Positions 27,006-39,907 of a stretch of DNA of 64,000 nucleotides are shown one piece after another. The DNA lies in the NCBI GenBank assembly GCA_951406725.2, contig OX597822.1:77376001-77440000 (forward strand), in the 5' to 3' direction. Position 1 is the stretch's first letter; each line of letters starts with the position of its first letter. The stretch is from Octopus vulgaris. Its lineage: Eukaryota. The translations under genes and the position numbers were made by a program. The notes under the pieces were generated by a model. The model had not been told where the DNA came from, ran no database searches, and saw nothing but the letters and a program-made list of their open reading frames with translations.

Positions 27006-28515
27006 TAGCGAGCAAAAGAAGACAACAATTAATATTTTTTTAAATTTCGGAAAAGCTAGTAAACGTACAAATTTGCAATTGGTTTTGTAAATATGGTTAA
27101 CCATTAGCTAAATTCTGCGAAAAATCCAAGTTTGTACAATGATCTTAATAAAAGTTAATAGCATTACTACTAGTTTCGTGGAAGTGTCTCGTGTGCAAAA
27201 TTAGAGAACAATGAAACCAAAAATTGCTTCAATTAACTCAGAACCATAATAATGATTGAAAGAAATGTAAATATGAACTTGATTCAGTTCGTATGATGTT
27301 TGTAGACCTTTGTTTGGGATCATCTCTGCACATCAATTGCCACAGGACTTAACTAGTTTCCTACTCAAGTCAGGTGTTACTTTCTTCCATTCCTCTTCTA
27401 ATATCTGCCATAAATTCATCATAGTAGTTGGTGCCCTTTGTGCTACTTTGTCTTCAAGTATATTCCAAAGGTTTTCAATTGGATTTAATTCTGGACTTTG
27501 TGCTGGCCACTTCATTACTTGGCTATTTTGTTCACTAAAGAATCCAATGATATGCTTTGCAGTATGACAAGGAGAGTTATCTTGCATGAAAATGCATGGT
27601 TGATTCGGAAATGCTTGTAATGATGGCACCACTTGTTGTTTAACCAAGTTCAGATAGATATTACCATTAATATCTGCACTAGAGGGCCAAATCCTTCAGA
27701 AGAAATCATTCCCCACACTGTGACGCTTCCTCCTCCAAACTTGGCAGATTTCTTCAGGCACTTGAATTTTAGCCAATCTCCTGTGAAGCGCCTAACATAC
27801 TGTCTACCATCTGAACCTACTAAATTGAATTTGCTTTCATCATTAAAATGAACTTTTGACTAATTTTCATCCCTCCAGTTCACATAAGCTTCTGCAAATG
27901 AAAGTCTCTCCAATTTATTCTTCTTGCTGATGGTAGGTTTCGTTGCCGGGGAACAGTCTTTAATCCAAATTCCATCAGATGACAAGACACTGTAAAGCGG
28001 CTCACTTCCATACCATTATTAACTCTTATTTTCTTAGAAATTCCAGCAGCAGTCCTGAAAGGATCTTTCAATACGTACCGTTTCATGGCTCAATCATCTC
28101 ACATGGTGGTTTTGCGAGGTCTACCAGTTGCCTTTTTTGTTCAAAACCTTTAGTTTCTTCATAGAGCTGAAGAACACATTAAACCACATTCTTAGATCTC
28201 CTTATGTCTTGTGAAATAGCTGAGAGTCATTCCTGAAACTTTCATCCTGACAATTTCTTTTTGGAGGTCAGGAGTAACTTTAGTGCAGTGTGCCATGTTC
28301 AGAAGCTAGCACAATACTGAGACAGTAGTAATGCAAATGTAAACAATGTTTGAAATTTCTAGAAATTTCTGAAGGAACCTAATCGTTCTCTTATTTTGCA
28401 CAAGACATTTGGACAAAACTGGTGTTAGTGTTATTAACTTTTATTAAGATCATTGTACAAACTTAGATTTTTCAGAGAATTTAGCTAATGGTTAACCATG
28501 TTTATGAAACCAATT
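27003..28515 (-). mobile_element. Tc1-family (DD34E) DNA transposon, decayed, IR/DR-type long TIRs, right end truncated
   Basis: Starts TA|CAGTAGCGAGCAAAAG. About 140 bp at 27075-27212 is the inverted complement of 28383-28515. Internal transposase motifs are present. Confidence 0.92.
27290..28296 (-). pseudogene. Tc1 transposase pseudogene
   Basis: ATG at 28296. Fragments HFNDESKFNL, KFGGGSVTVWGMIS and FMQDNSPCHTAK...WPAQSPELNPIENLW, with 34 residues between the second D and the E. Several frameshifts and stops. Confidence 0.92.
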
Positions 28516-28753
28516 ATGAATTATTACTAGTTCTAAATCTCTGAACAAGAAATATGAAGCAACAGTATGATAAAGCTTCTTTGCCAACGTAAAGTAGCAA
28601 GCTGAGTGAGGACATTATCCCCCTTGTTTGAAAATATAAGGACGCAGTTACATTGTGTCGATAGCCAGCTGGAAATGATGTTTTCTTGGGGATAAATAGC
28701 AGTAACATTTGTCCTAATCAGGACTGCCACTTTATGTTGGATAATAATCTTTA

Positions 28754-28805
<52 letters not shown>

Positions 28806-29951
28806 TCCTACCATCTTGTCAACACTTGATACTTTCACTGTTGTTTGATCTCAATGTGTACTCTATGTTATTGTATCTAGCCATTTCTGGCATCCTACAT
28901 AGTGATGTGTCTAGATTCTGTTGAGTCCCATAACTAATCTAGTGGCATGTAAAAAGCACCTGTGCTCATGCCATGTAACGAACACCCATGCTAGTGCCAT
29001 GTAAAAAGCACTTGTGCTTGTGTCACATAATGAGGACCCATGCTGGTCCCATGTAAAAATGCACCAGAACTGACACCATGTAAAAAGTACCCAGTCCATT
29101 CTGTGAAGTGGTTGGCATTAGGAAAGGCATCTAGCTGTGAAAACTATGCCAAAACAGACAATTGGAGCCAGGTGCAGCCCTCCGGCTTGCTTGCTCCTGT
29201 CAAACAATCTGACCCATGGCATCATGGAGAATGGACGTTAAATGATGATGAGGATGATGATGATGATGATGATGTATGTATGTGTGTGTGTATTTGTATG
29301 TATGTATGCATGTATGTATATATGTGTGTGTGTGTGTGTGTGTACACTTGTTTTGATATCATGAGGTTATTGTAAATGAGCACCACTGCTATTCAAGTGA
29401 TGGTCTTCGTTTTCTGTCTCATATGGGAAAATACTGCCTTGGTTGGAAACAAGTGAGGTTTGGCAACTGGAAGGGGCATCTAGCCATAGAAAATCTACTT
29501 CAACAAATTCTGTAAAACTCATGCAAGCACAACCAAGTGGTCATTCATTGATGATGATGATGATGATGGTACATATTTACATAGCTCCGTGGTTACAAAT
29601 TTCAGATTGCAGCCACATGTTCTGGAGGTTTCTTCTCACTCCATGGCATTTTGGACAAGTAGAATTGGTAGATGAAACAAAAGCCTTCTGTCTGTCTGTC
29701 TGTATGTATGTATGTATATATGTATGTATATATGTATGTATATATGTATGTATGTATGTATGTGTGTGTGTGAGTGTGGTGGGGGTCATTTTGTTAATTT
29801 TAATAAAAGACAATTTTATGTTAAACTGACGTATTACCCACTACTTTTTGTAGAATATATATCCATGTTCTTTAACACAAATAGCATCCACTGTGATTTC
29901 AAAGTTTTGGCCAAGACTTGGAAGTCACTGTTAGTACCATTCTTGTTAAAG

Positions 29952-29987
<36 letters not shown>

Positions 29988-30319
29988 GAGAGACCACTAA
30001 GTGGATTCCTTATGTGCTAAAAACAGATGTCAAACCATCCGACCATGAAAAACTATGTTCTCAAAGATATCTCTACTGATTTTTGATAGAATCTAGAGCC
30101 TTCATTGAATTAATAATGTAGACATATTCATATGCAAAAGATCATAACTTTCTATATAAAATCTGTAGTGGGTGTGTGGTAAGAAGCTTGCTTCCCAACC
30201 ACTTGGTTCCATGTTCAGTCCCACTGCGTGGCACCTTGAACAGGTGTCTTCTACTATAGCCTCGGGCTGACCAAAGCTTTGTGAGTGGATTTGGTAGATG
30301 GAAACTGCAAGAAGCCCAT

Positions 30320-30360
<41 letters not shown>

Positions 30361-31104
30361 ATGTATATATTTGTGTGTATATATTTGTCCCCCTCCACCT
30401 TTGCTTGTCAACCTATGTTGGTGTGTTTACGTACCCGTAACTTAGTGGTTTGACAAAGGGGACCAATAGAATAAGTACTTGGCTTATAGAGAATAAGTCC
30501 TGAGCTCAATTTGGTCGACTAAAGGTGGTGCTCCAGCATGGCTGCAGCCAATGCACTGGAACAAGTAAAAGAATTTTTAAAATATCTCTTTTTAAAGATA
30601 TCTTTACAGATTTTCGATAGAATCTAGAACCTGCTCTGAATTATTTATGTAGACATATTCATATGCAAAATATCATAATTTTCTATAAAAAAAACCTCTA
30701 GAGATAACTTTGAAAAGTCACTGAATAGCACTGCTAACACAGCTAGGACATAGTATTGATTTATAAGCCTTTCATCTATTTGGTAGTATATTGCATAATT
30801 ATATACAGTGCAGCTACCAACAATTAAAATATATATATATATTTCTTTATTGCCCACAGGGGGATAAACATAGAAGGGACAAACAAGGACACACAAAGGG
30901 ATTAAGTCAATTACATTGACACAAGTGTGTAACTGGTACTTATTTAATCAACCCCCGAAAGGTTGAAAGGCAAAGTCGACCTCGGCGGAATTTGAACTCA
31001 GAATGTAACGGCAAACAAAATACGGTTAAGCATTTTGCCCAGCATACTAATGATTCTGCCAGCTCACCGCCCTGAAAATATATATACATACAATCCAGAC
31101 TGGT

Positions 31105-31382
31105 CAGGTTGCCAGCTTGCCTGATAACAAGTGGATCCCTGCACCATTAGAATCCATATATGGGGAGAGGGCCATGTTAGTATCTAAGGGGCCCTTCCCC
31201 CTCAAATTTGAGAATTTTTTATTCACTCCTGGAAGAATGCATTAATTATTTCAGTCTGGCTGTGTTTGTAGACAGTTGAAAGGAATACTTTCAACAAAAA
31301 AAAAAAAAAAAATGATGATAACATTGTAGTTGCGGGTGGGCCCTCTTGCAGTTGCGGCTGGCATCAGTCTCCTGGCAACCAA
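31105..31382. mobile_element. Possible hAT-like MITE
   Basis: Short inverted termini CAGGTTGCCAG / CTGGCAACC around a GC-richer ~275 bp insert. No clear TSD. Confidence 0.35.
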
Positions 31383-31715
31383 TATTTTTAGACCCAGTCC
31401 ACCTCTCTCTCTATATATATATGTGTGTGCACGCATTTGTATAATGCATCTGTGACTATATTATTCCTCAACCACTTTCCTCTATTTCTTCAGGTTACGT
31501 TGCATTGTTTAAGAATACATAATTACACGTGTATTTTTAGTCTCAGCCTTTGAAAAACCCATAGAGAACAAAAAGCATGCATATATATATACACACACAA
31601 ACACATCTATGTGTGTGTGTGTTATGTCTATTTATATATGTATGTGCATACATATGTACATATATGTATGCATGCGTATATATATATACGTGTATACACC
31701 CACCCAGCCTACCCC

Positions 31716-31752
<37 letters not shown>

Positions 31753-31789
31753 TGTATTTATATATGTGTGTGTGTGTACATATATATAA

Positions 31790-31827
<38 letters not shown>

Positions 31828-32127
31828 GCATACACACACTCATATATGTATATATGTATGATGTATGTATAATGCATTTTCTGTTTTCTTTTTATTTTTT
31901 GTTTCTTTATGTTTCTGTTCTTTTGTCTCTCTCTTTCTGGCTTCAGAATCTATTATGTAATTAACTTGAAATGGTGGCAGTGGTGGTGGTATGAACTATG
32001 CTGATGATGATGATGGTTGTGATGTTGTTGTTGTTGGTGGTGGTGGTGGTGGTAGTTTTGGTGGTTGTAACAGTGATGGTTGTTCATAATAATGGCAGCA
32101 GTAAACAAATAGTATAGATAATATTAA

Positions 32128-32233
32128 TGTTGATAATCTTAATAATAACAATAATAATAATAATAATAATAATAATAATCTTAATAATAACAATAATAAT
32201 AATAATAATAATAATAATAATCTTAATAATAAC

Positions 32234-32269
<36 letters not shown>

Positions 32270-32288
32270 CTTAATAATAATAATGATA
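32128..32288. repeat. (AAT)n with 42 bp higher-order periodicity
   Basis: TCTTAATAATAA recurs at 32137, 32179, 32221 and 32269. Confidence 0.9.
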
Positions 32289-32676
32289 AAAACAAAAAAC
32301 AAAAAAAACTATTTTTATTTTGGAAGAGATGCATTCTTTCATTGGGGAATATATTCAACGGTTGTCTTGGGAACATGCATTCTTGTAATAACAACATCCA
32401 TTAAGTCAGGTGCGTCATATATCAAATTGAACATAGTTACAACTCTGTTTCTTCCTTACATTTGATTCTTGGTAATTTTGGAATTATTGTATTTTTTTTT
32501 TTCCATTTCTTTTGTTAATTGTTAATTTCTGCGTTCTCATTTCGGTTTTTGGTTCAGGGCGTGGAGTTTGTTTTAATTATTTCCTTTTCTTTTTAGTGGG
32601 TGGGTGGGTGGGGGAATTTATTTCTTTATTCTGTGATTCTTATGCTATCTTTGTTTTATACATACATATACGTACT

Positions 32677-32718
<42 letters not shown>

Positions 32719-32814
32719 ACCCATGCTAGCATGGAAAGCGGACGTTAAACGATGATGATGATATATATACATACATATGTGTATATATATATATGTAAGT
32801 ATATATATATTTGC

Positions 32815-32861
<47 letters not shown>

Positions 32862-32865
32862 CATG

Positions 32866-32908
<43 letters not shown>

Positions 32909-33175
32909 TTGCATGTATATGTATGTATATATATATATTTGCATATATATATATGTATATGTATGTGCGCATATATGTATGCATATATATGTATATATCT
33001 GCATATATAAATGTATATATATATACATATAGAGATATATTTATGCATATATATACATACATATATATATGTATATGTGTATTTATATGTGCATATATAT
33101 ATATATATATATATATGTATTTATATATGCATATATATGAATATATAAACTTATATGTATATATATATGCATATA

Positions 33176-33221
<46 letters not shown>

Positions 33222-33360
33222 TGCTTATATGGTCGCTGACACAATCACACACATATATATCTGTGTGTATATATATATATATATATATATAGCTCTAAAC
33301 TCACCAGTAGCAATTGTACATATAAGTGTACCCATAAGATATAATATACATATGTGTGTT

Positions 33361-33401
<41 letters not shown>

Positions 33402-33592
33402 GCATACATACATTTATATATACATACATACATACATACATATATAAGTGGATGTAACAGTGTGAATATGTCATTTGAATCATATGATAACGTTGATGAA
33501 TTGACTATTGCTTTTGTTTGCATCATCAGATATATGCATCTGTTGGTTATTGGCCCTTCACTCTCACCCCACTCTCCCCCTCTCTCTTCCTC

Positions 33593-33626
<34 letters not shown>

Positions 33627-33647
33627 GTTGTGTATATATATATAGAC

Positions 33648-33698
<51 letters not shown>

Positions 33699-34100
33699 AC
33701 ACACACACACATTTCTATATATATATACACACACACACACACACATTTCTATATATATATACACACATATACATACACATGTCTGTATATATATATATAT
33801 ATATACATACACACATATACATACACATGTCTATATATATATATAGATATATATACATGTCTATATTCTACTCTACGTTCAAGTCTTTTCTTGAGTGAAT
33901 GGTCTCCTCAATCCCCATGATAACGTAACCCTAACATACATTTATCTATGTATTTATGTGTGTTTGTGTTTGTTAATGTAAATTTGTTTTGTGTGTATTT
34001 ATAAATATATACACACATATAATTTTGGTTTTCCACATGGTATAAATTTGCTCTACCTTATGTACTTATTCAATATATAAAATAGAGTGTGTATAATGTA

Positions 34101-34157
<57 letters not shown>

Positions 34158-34193
34158 TATCTCTGTACTTTCATTATCAAGTCATTGAACCCC

Positions 34194-35399
34194 CTATAAG
34201 CTACTGGTGAGGTCCATTGAGGGTTGCTTTTCAGGCTTAGGATTAGAAAGCTTTGGTTGCGGTTCAATTTTCACTACTGTCGAATGCTGATGGCTGCAGT
34301 GGGGCTGTTCACTGGCACTGCCCTCATATTTGCCCTTGCTGACCTGTCGCTTGAAATGTGCCCGCCGACTGTGGCCACTTGCTTGGTGAGGGCATATAAC
34401 AGCAGGTGCAATGTGGTAGCCAGGCTCCGCCTCTGAGATGTAGGTGAGGGGCACTGGAAAATCAGTGAGCTGCGAAGCCGAGACAAACTCGGCTTCCTTG
34501 TGGTGTTGATGTTGGCAGGAGTGATGATGTATATGAGGAATGGAAGCACGATGTAATAGATAGTGTTGTGCTGGTCGTGGTGCAGGTGGTGACGAGAGGC
34601 TTTGTTGGTGGCGGAGTTGGTGGCGTGAGTGTCTACTACTGCTCCCACCGTTGCAGTAGCCCTCGGTCAGTGCTGACTGACAGTTATGATGATGCTGCTG
34701 CAGATGTTGTTGTTTAAAAATGCGCTCATGAAATGAGACTGGAACTTCAACAAGGATGCTGCCCCGATGATCGGTGAATGCTGCAGCCGCAGCTGCTGCT
34801 TCACCTTGTCCTTCATCATCGTTATCGTTTTCTCCTTCATCCTCCTCTTCTTCATGCACATGCAGTGTGGTATCACTCATCTCGAGGTGGTCATCTTGCA
34901 GGTTGGTCGTCATGCTGTCGTACTTACCACTTGCATGTGCACTTCCCTTTCGATGTCGCATGATTGAGGGGCAGCGTGCGATGAGCACCATTAGCACAAT
35001 AAGCGAGAGTGCTATGATCGCACCGACACTGCTCCCGACAGATACTGGCAGGTGCCAACTTGCGGTGCCAGCATCTGTGCACTTTTGGCGTTGCTGTGCA
35101 ACCCCTCCTGCCCCTCCATTCTGTGTTGTGTCATTACGATACATCACGACGCATACCTTGTAGAAGGTGTCAGCAACGAGGTTGCGTATCTTATAACTGG
35201 TTGTCATTGACGACAACATTGCGCTGTATTGGATATAAGAGCTGGCCACTTTCTGGAAATGTACCTGAAAGCCGGTGATGTGTGAAGATGAGTGGCTTGT
35301 GCCTTTCACGCTCCATGATAAGTTGATTGAGCTGTCTGTAGCTGAGTCAATCTCCACTTCATCGATGTACTGTGGAGTGGGTGTGGTCGTGAACGACAT
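34194..35399 (-). CDS. Fibronectin type III domain-containing single-pass membrane protein (401 aa from first ATG; N-terminus uncertain)
   Basis: Only long non-repetitive ORF, in a locally GC-richer block. FN3 hallmarks: TDSSINLSWS, ITGFQVHF, YKIRNLVADTFYKVCV...C. Hydrophobic segment VSVGSSVGAIIALSLIVLMVLIA is followed by basic RCPSIMRHRK. Low-complexity acidic/Ala/His-rich tail ends in TSSL. N-glycosylation sequons NLS and NDT in the ectodomain. Confidence 0.85.
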   Translation of the reverse strand: MSFTTTPTPQYIDEVEIDSATDSSINLSWSVKGTSHSSSHITGFQVHFQKVASSYIQYSAMLSSMTTSYKIRNLVADTFYKVCVVMYRNDTTQNGGAGGVAQQRQKCTDAGTASWHLPVSVGSSVGAIIALSLIVLMVLIARCPSIMRHRKGSAHASGKYDSMTTNLQDDHLEMSDTTLHVHEEEEDEGENDNDDEGQGEAAAAAAAFTDHRGSILVEVPVSFHERIFKQQHLQQHHHNCQSALTEGYCNGGSSSRHSRHQLRHQQSLSSPPAPRPAQHYLLHRASIPHIHHHSCQHQHHKEAEFVSASQLTDFPVPLTYISEAEPGYHIAPAVICPHQASGHSRRAHFKRQVSKGKYEGSASEQPHCSHQHSTVVKIEPQPKLSNPKPEKQPSMDLTSSL

Positions 35400-35717
35400 C
35401 TTGTCGTCGGTGGCGGAGGTGTGGTTTGTGATGGTAATGATGATGCAGATTCGTATAAAAATTCTTGTTATTGTTGCTGGTCGTATGGTTGATGATGTTG
35501 CTGCTACTACTACTACTACTGTTTCACAGAATCCTTGTGACTGCTGGTGGTGATGGTCATGTCGATGATGTTGATGATGCTATTGTGTAATGTAGGCAAT
35601 TGTTGTTGTTGCTTTTCCAAGTGACTGTAGTAGTATTGGTGGTGGTGGTCACTAAAACAATGGTGACTATGATGGTATTTGTTGCAAATGTTTTTGTCAG
35701 TTTTGATTTTGTTACTT

Positions 35718-35718
35718 T

Positions 35719-35778
<60 letters not shown>

Positions 35779-35779
35779 A
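35718..35779. repeat. Pure (TAC)n trinucleotide repeat in the presumed 5' leader of the FN3-TM gene
   Basis: About 20 uninterrupted units. Confidence 0.95.
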
Positions 35780-36272
35780 GTTCTTATCACAGCTTTCAAT
35801 GCTGGTGATAAAGACGATGATATCAACTTGTTCTTAATGTACGTTGCTATTTTTGTTATTTTTGCTAAGTGTTTATTATTATTATTATTATTATGATGCT
35901 AGTGCATGCTAATTTAGTTAGCAGGTATTTTATCTTGATGTTTGGTAACAACAAGTCTCCTCAAATCTCAAGAATCTGCCTTAGAATTCTTGAGGAATAC
36001 AGGATGGTACTTCTCTGCAGGTCAACAATGTGAGTTTCAACACCTTCAATATTGTTATTATTATTATTTGCCTCTGGTCTTTTGTTATTTTTTTTAGGTG
36101 TTTTTTTCTTTATCAAATGCTGTTCGTTTTTTTTCTTTTTTGCTGCTCTTGTTATCTTTGTTGTTGTTGATCAGCTGTTGTCTTTCTTTGGTTATTGTTA
36201 TTTCGTTGTTCCTCTTTCAGAAATTCTTGCCATTGGTAATGCTTTTACTTTGATTCAAAGTGCTTGCAAAAA

Positions 36273-36310
36273 CCTGTTGAAAATTAAAAAAAAAGAAAAA
36301 ATTTTAAAAA
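36273..36310 (-). other. Probable 3' splice acceptor opening the large exon that contains the FN3-TM ORF
   Basis: Minus strand reads ttttttcttttttttttaattttcaacAG|gtttttgc: a long polypyrimidine tract plus CAG at the boundary between unique sequence and SINE-rich, intron-like sequence. Confidence 0.55.
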
Positions 36311-36675
36311 AAAACAATTAATGAGACAAATAAATAAAATAATCATTTTTATGTTTTATTTTTGTTTACTTTCCATTATGTCTTTTAATTATCTAATCTT
36401 AAAAAAAAAAAAGCAAAATAACTTGAATTCACTTGCCACAAGGGCACCTTAAAGAAAGATAAAAACATTAGAAAACAGAAGGCAATGAGAGAGATACATA
36501 AACAGATAGACAGACAGACACACAGACAGACGGTAAACAATGAGAGGGGATTATTGATATTTGCAAAAAAGAATTATTTTAAAAAATCAATATGGGTTTT
36601 AGTTTATATAATAGATCGATATTATATTGTTAATGTGTCATTATTAATATGATAATAACACATATTAATATTTTT

Positions 36676-37570
36676 AGGTGGCGAACTGGCAGAATCGTTA
36701 GCATGCCGGGTGAAATGCTTAGCAGTAATTCGTCTGCTGCTATGTTCTGAGTTCAAATTCTGCCGAGGTCGACTTTGCCTTTCATCCTTTCGGGGTCGAT
36801 TAAATAAGTACCAGTTACACTCTGGGGTCAATGTAATCAACTTAATCCCTTTGTCTGTCCTTGTTTGTCCCTCTATGTTTAGCCCCTTGTGGGCAATAAA
36901 GAAATACGATATTCTTATTAATACGATATTCTTTTCTACTCAAGGCACAAGGCCCAAAATTTTGGGGGAGTGGGGTGTGCAGTTGATTAGATTGACCCCA
37001 GTAAGCAACTGGTACTTAATTTATCGACCCCGAAAGGATGTATGGTAAAGTTGAATTCCGCTGAGGTCGACTTTGCCTTTCATCTTTTCGGAGTTGATAA
37101 ATTAAGTACCATTCGCATACTGGGGTTGATCTAATCGACTGCCCCCACCCCCCCGAAATTTCACGCCTTGTGCCTAGAGCAGAAAAGATTATTAATATGA
37201 TATTACACGAGCTGGCAGAATCGTTAGCATGCTGGGAAAAGTGTTCGGTGGCAATTCTCCCATCTTTATGTTTTGAGTCAAAATTCCACCAAGGTTGACT
37301 TTGCAGTTCATCCTTTTGGGATTGATAAAACAAGTACCAGTCAAGTACTGGTATTGGTGTAATTGACTTACCCTCAGCCCCCTTCCACCAAAACTGCTGG
37401 CCTTGTACCAATATTTGAAACAAATACTACATTAAGATAAGGCAGTGAACTGGCAGAATTGTTACCTCATCAGACAAAATGCTTGCAGCCTTTTTTGTGG
37501 CTTCTTATGTTCTGAGTTCAAACTCCACCAATGTCAACTTTGTTATCTTTCAGGGGTCGATTAAGTATCT
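36676..37570. mobile_element. Cluster of SINE family B (Nin/Deu-like central domain)
   Basis: GAGCTGGCAGAATCGTTAGCA head, GAGTTCAAATT B-box and GCCTTTCATCCTTTCGGGGTCGAT..AAGTACC domain. 4-5 copies in both orientations. Also at 30843-31072 (-), 38438-38640 and 60812-61035. Confidence 0.85.
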
Positions 37571-37584
37571 GTTTAGCCTTGAGT

Positions 37585-38330
37585 GGAAGTGTGTAGCTTA
37601 GTGGTTAGAGTGTATTAATATGAACCATCTCTTCTCAGAGGTAAAAATGGATTTGTGTGGGGCCAATACCCCCACGCAGTATCTGTTGAGGCACATGGCT
37701 TAGTGGTTAAGATACTGGACTCATGATCATGTGATCGTGGTTTCGATTCCTGGACCGGGCAATGCATTGTGTTCTTGAGCAAAACACTTCATTTCACATT
37801 GTTGTGGAGGTGCATAGCTTAGTGGTTAGGGTGTTCGACTCATGATTGTAAGATTGTGGTTTCGATTCTTGGACTGGGCGATGCATTGTGTTCTTGAGCA
37901 AGACACTTCATTTCATGTTGCTCCAGTCCACTCAGCTAGCAAAGATGTGTAATCCTGCGACAGACTGTCATCCCGTCCAGGAGGGAGATATATACACCAT
38001 GAAATCAGGAAACCAGTCCTTGTATGATGACATAACTCAAGAAGGTAACCTCTACCTTTTATCTTTTTGGTGAAGGCACATGGCTTCAAGGTTAGAGGTG
38101 TTGGTCTCATGATCGTAAGATTGTGGTTTCGATTCCTGGACGGGGCAACGCGTTCTGTTCTTGAGCAAGACACTTCATTTCACATTGCTCCAGACCACTC
38201 AGCTTGCATAAATGAGTCATTATGCAACAGACAGGGGTCCCATCCAGGTGGGGGAATATATACACTATGGAAATTGGCAACTGGCCCTTATGTGTCAGGA
38301 AATTGACCCTTATGACTCGAGAAGGAAACT
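37585..38330 (+). mobile_element. Tandem family-E-related SINE heads and copies
   Basis: Repeated GGCTTAGTGGTTA...GTTTCGATTCCTGGAC...GTTCTTGAGCAA units at about 37688, 37806 and 38073. Confidence 0.85.
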
Positions 38331-38859
38331 TTGCTTGACTTACTTTTGCTTAGCACTGGGAGCAATGTAATTGATTGGCCCTTACATGCTCAATTGTGGG
38401 CCTTGTACCAAAATTAGATATAAATATTTCAATACAAGGCAGCAAGTTGACAGAATCATTACTATGTAGGACAAAATGCTAGGTGGCATGCCTTCCAACC
38501 CTTCATGTTCTGAGTTCAAATCCTTTGGCTGTCATTATGTAGGAGTTGATAATTATAAGTATCGTTTAAATACCAGGGGCAATGTTATTTACTTCTTCTC
38601 TCATCAAACTTGTTGACTTTATGCCAAAATTAGGAAGAGTTAAGACTATTGAAAAGGTTGCAAGACGCAACAAAAATTTTAGAAAATGAAAATAAGAAAT
38701 AAGTGTAAATTTTACCGGTGAGTGTGTTAAATAATAAGGCACTAAAACAGAATGACTCTCCCCAGACACAACAGAATATGCTTCAACACACGAACTCATA
38801 TAAAGAATCTTGCAAGCCAAATCCAAAAACGAAATAGGAAGAATCAGTCTTATATTAAT

Positions 38860-39240
38860 CCTTTTGTTACCATATTTCTCAGGTGACCCATCCAGCAGAA
38901 TCTCAGTCAGTCCCCATCTCCACAAGATACCTCTTCACCTGCTGTGACCATATGGCATGTGGTCAACTAACACAAGCCACCAACTCAGCCAGATCCGCTG
39001 TGAAGAAGAGAACACAGTGAGTAGGGCCTGATTCAGAAAATTGAGCGACATGACCAAACAGTCTGAGCTGGCACTCCAAGTAACAGGACACATCTGAGTT
39101 TCTGAGGGGAGTCATTCATTGGATATGAAATCCAACCAATGATAACCCATAATCCTTCAAAGCATTCTGATACCAAAGGAATTCAGGCAGCTCCAAAGAG
39201 TCTCAATCAGTGACCAAATGCATTATCCAATATCAGTGAT
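38860..39240 (-). mobile_element. RTE-clade LINE fragment
   Basis: Minus strand RIMGYHWLDFISNE... and, after a frameshift, QLRLFGHVAQFSESGPTHCVL. Confidence 0.75.
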
Positions 39241-39839
39241 AAATGGATCGGAATAGCTGCACATAGAGATAAATGTAATTGTGTAAACAGGTAGAGAGAA
39301 AAGCTATACAATATGAGCCAGTTGGAGACGATTTTCTTGATTATTTATTTTAATTAACTATGGCTCCATTCTGTGGTATTGTAAATTATCTTCCAATGAT
39401 AAATTCTTCAAAATACAAATGGCACTGTTATATTAATTTCCAGTTCTTTCTTCTGTAATCCATTCTATTGATGCTATTACTTCACTGAATGTTCTAGATT
39501 TAACATACTGCTTCTGGTTTTTTTTCCAACATTTTATTCTCACGCTCTTACACTTTTGGTGTGTGCATATGAATGTATGTTGGTAACAGTATATGTCTTA
39601 TTTTTCCTTACACATTTATACATTTGTGTGCATATATATCACCATCATCATCATCTTCATCATTTTAATATTCACTCTTCCATACTTGTTTATGTTTTTA
39701 CATATGTGTGTGTGTGTATCAGTATGCATGGACATTATTATATACTCTATGTTTATCCATGAATGTGCTATTGTGTTGATATATATATAAATATATATAT
39801 ATATATTTAAACACATAATTTCCATTTCCCTTTGATATG

Positions 39840-39889
<50 letters not shown>

Positions 39890-39907
39890 TATTTATATAT
39901 ATTCATA

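Noticed and set aside
31996-32465. Poly-Leu/poly-Ile membrane-protein-like ORFs
   Set aside because: Translation of the (AAT)n array.
34224-35553. Plus-strand and alternative-frame ORFs overlapping the FN3 gene
   Set aside because: Shadow ORFs of a GC-richer coding region.
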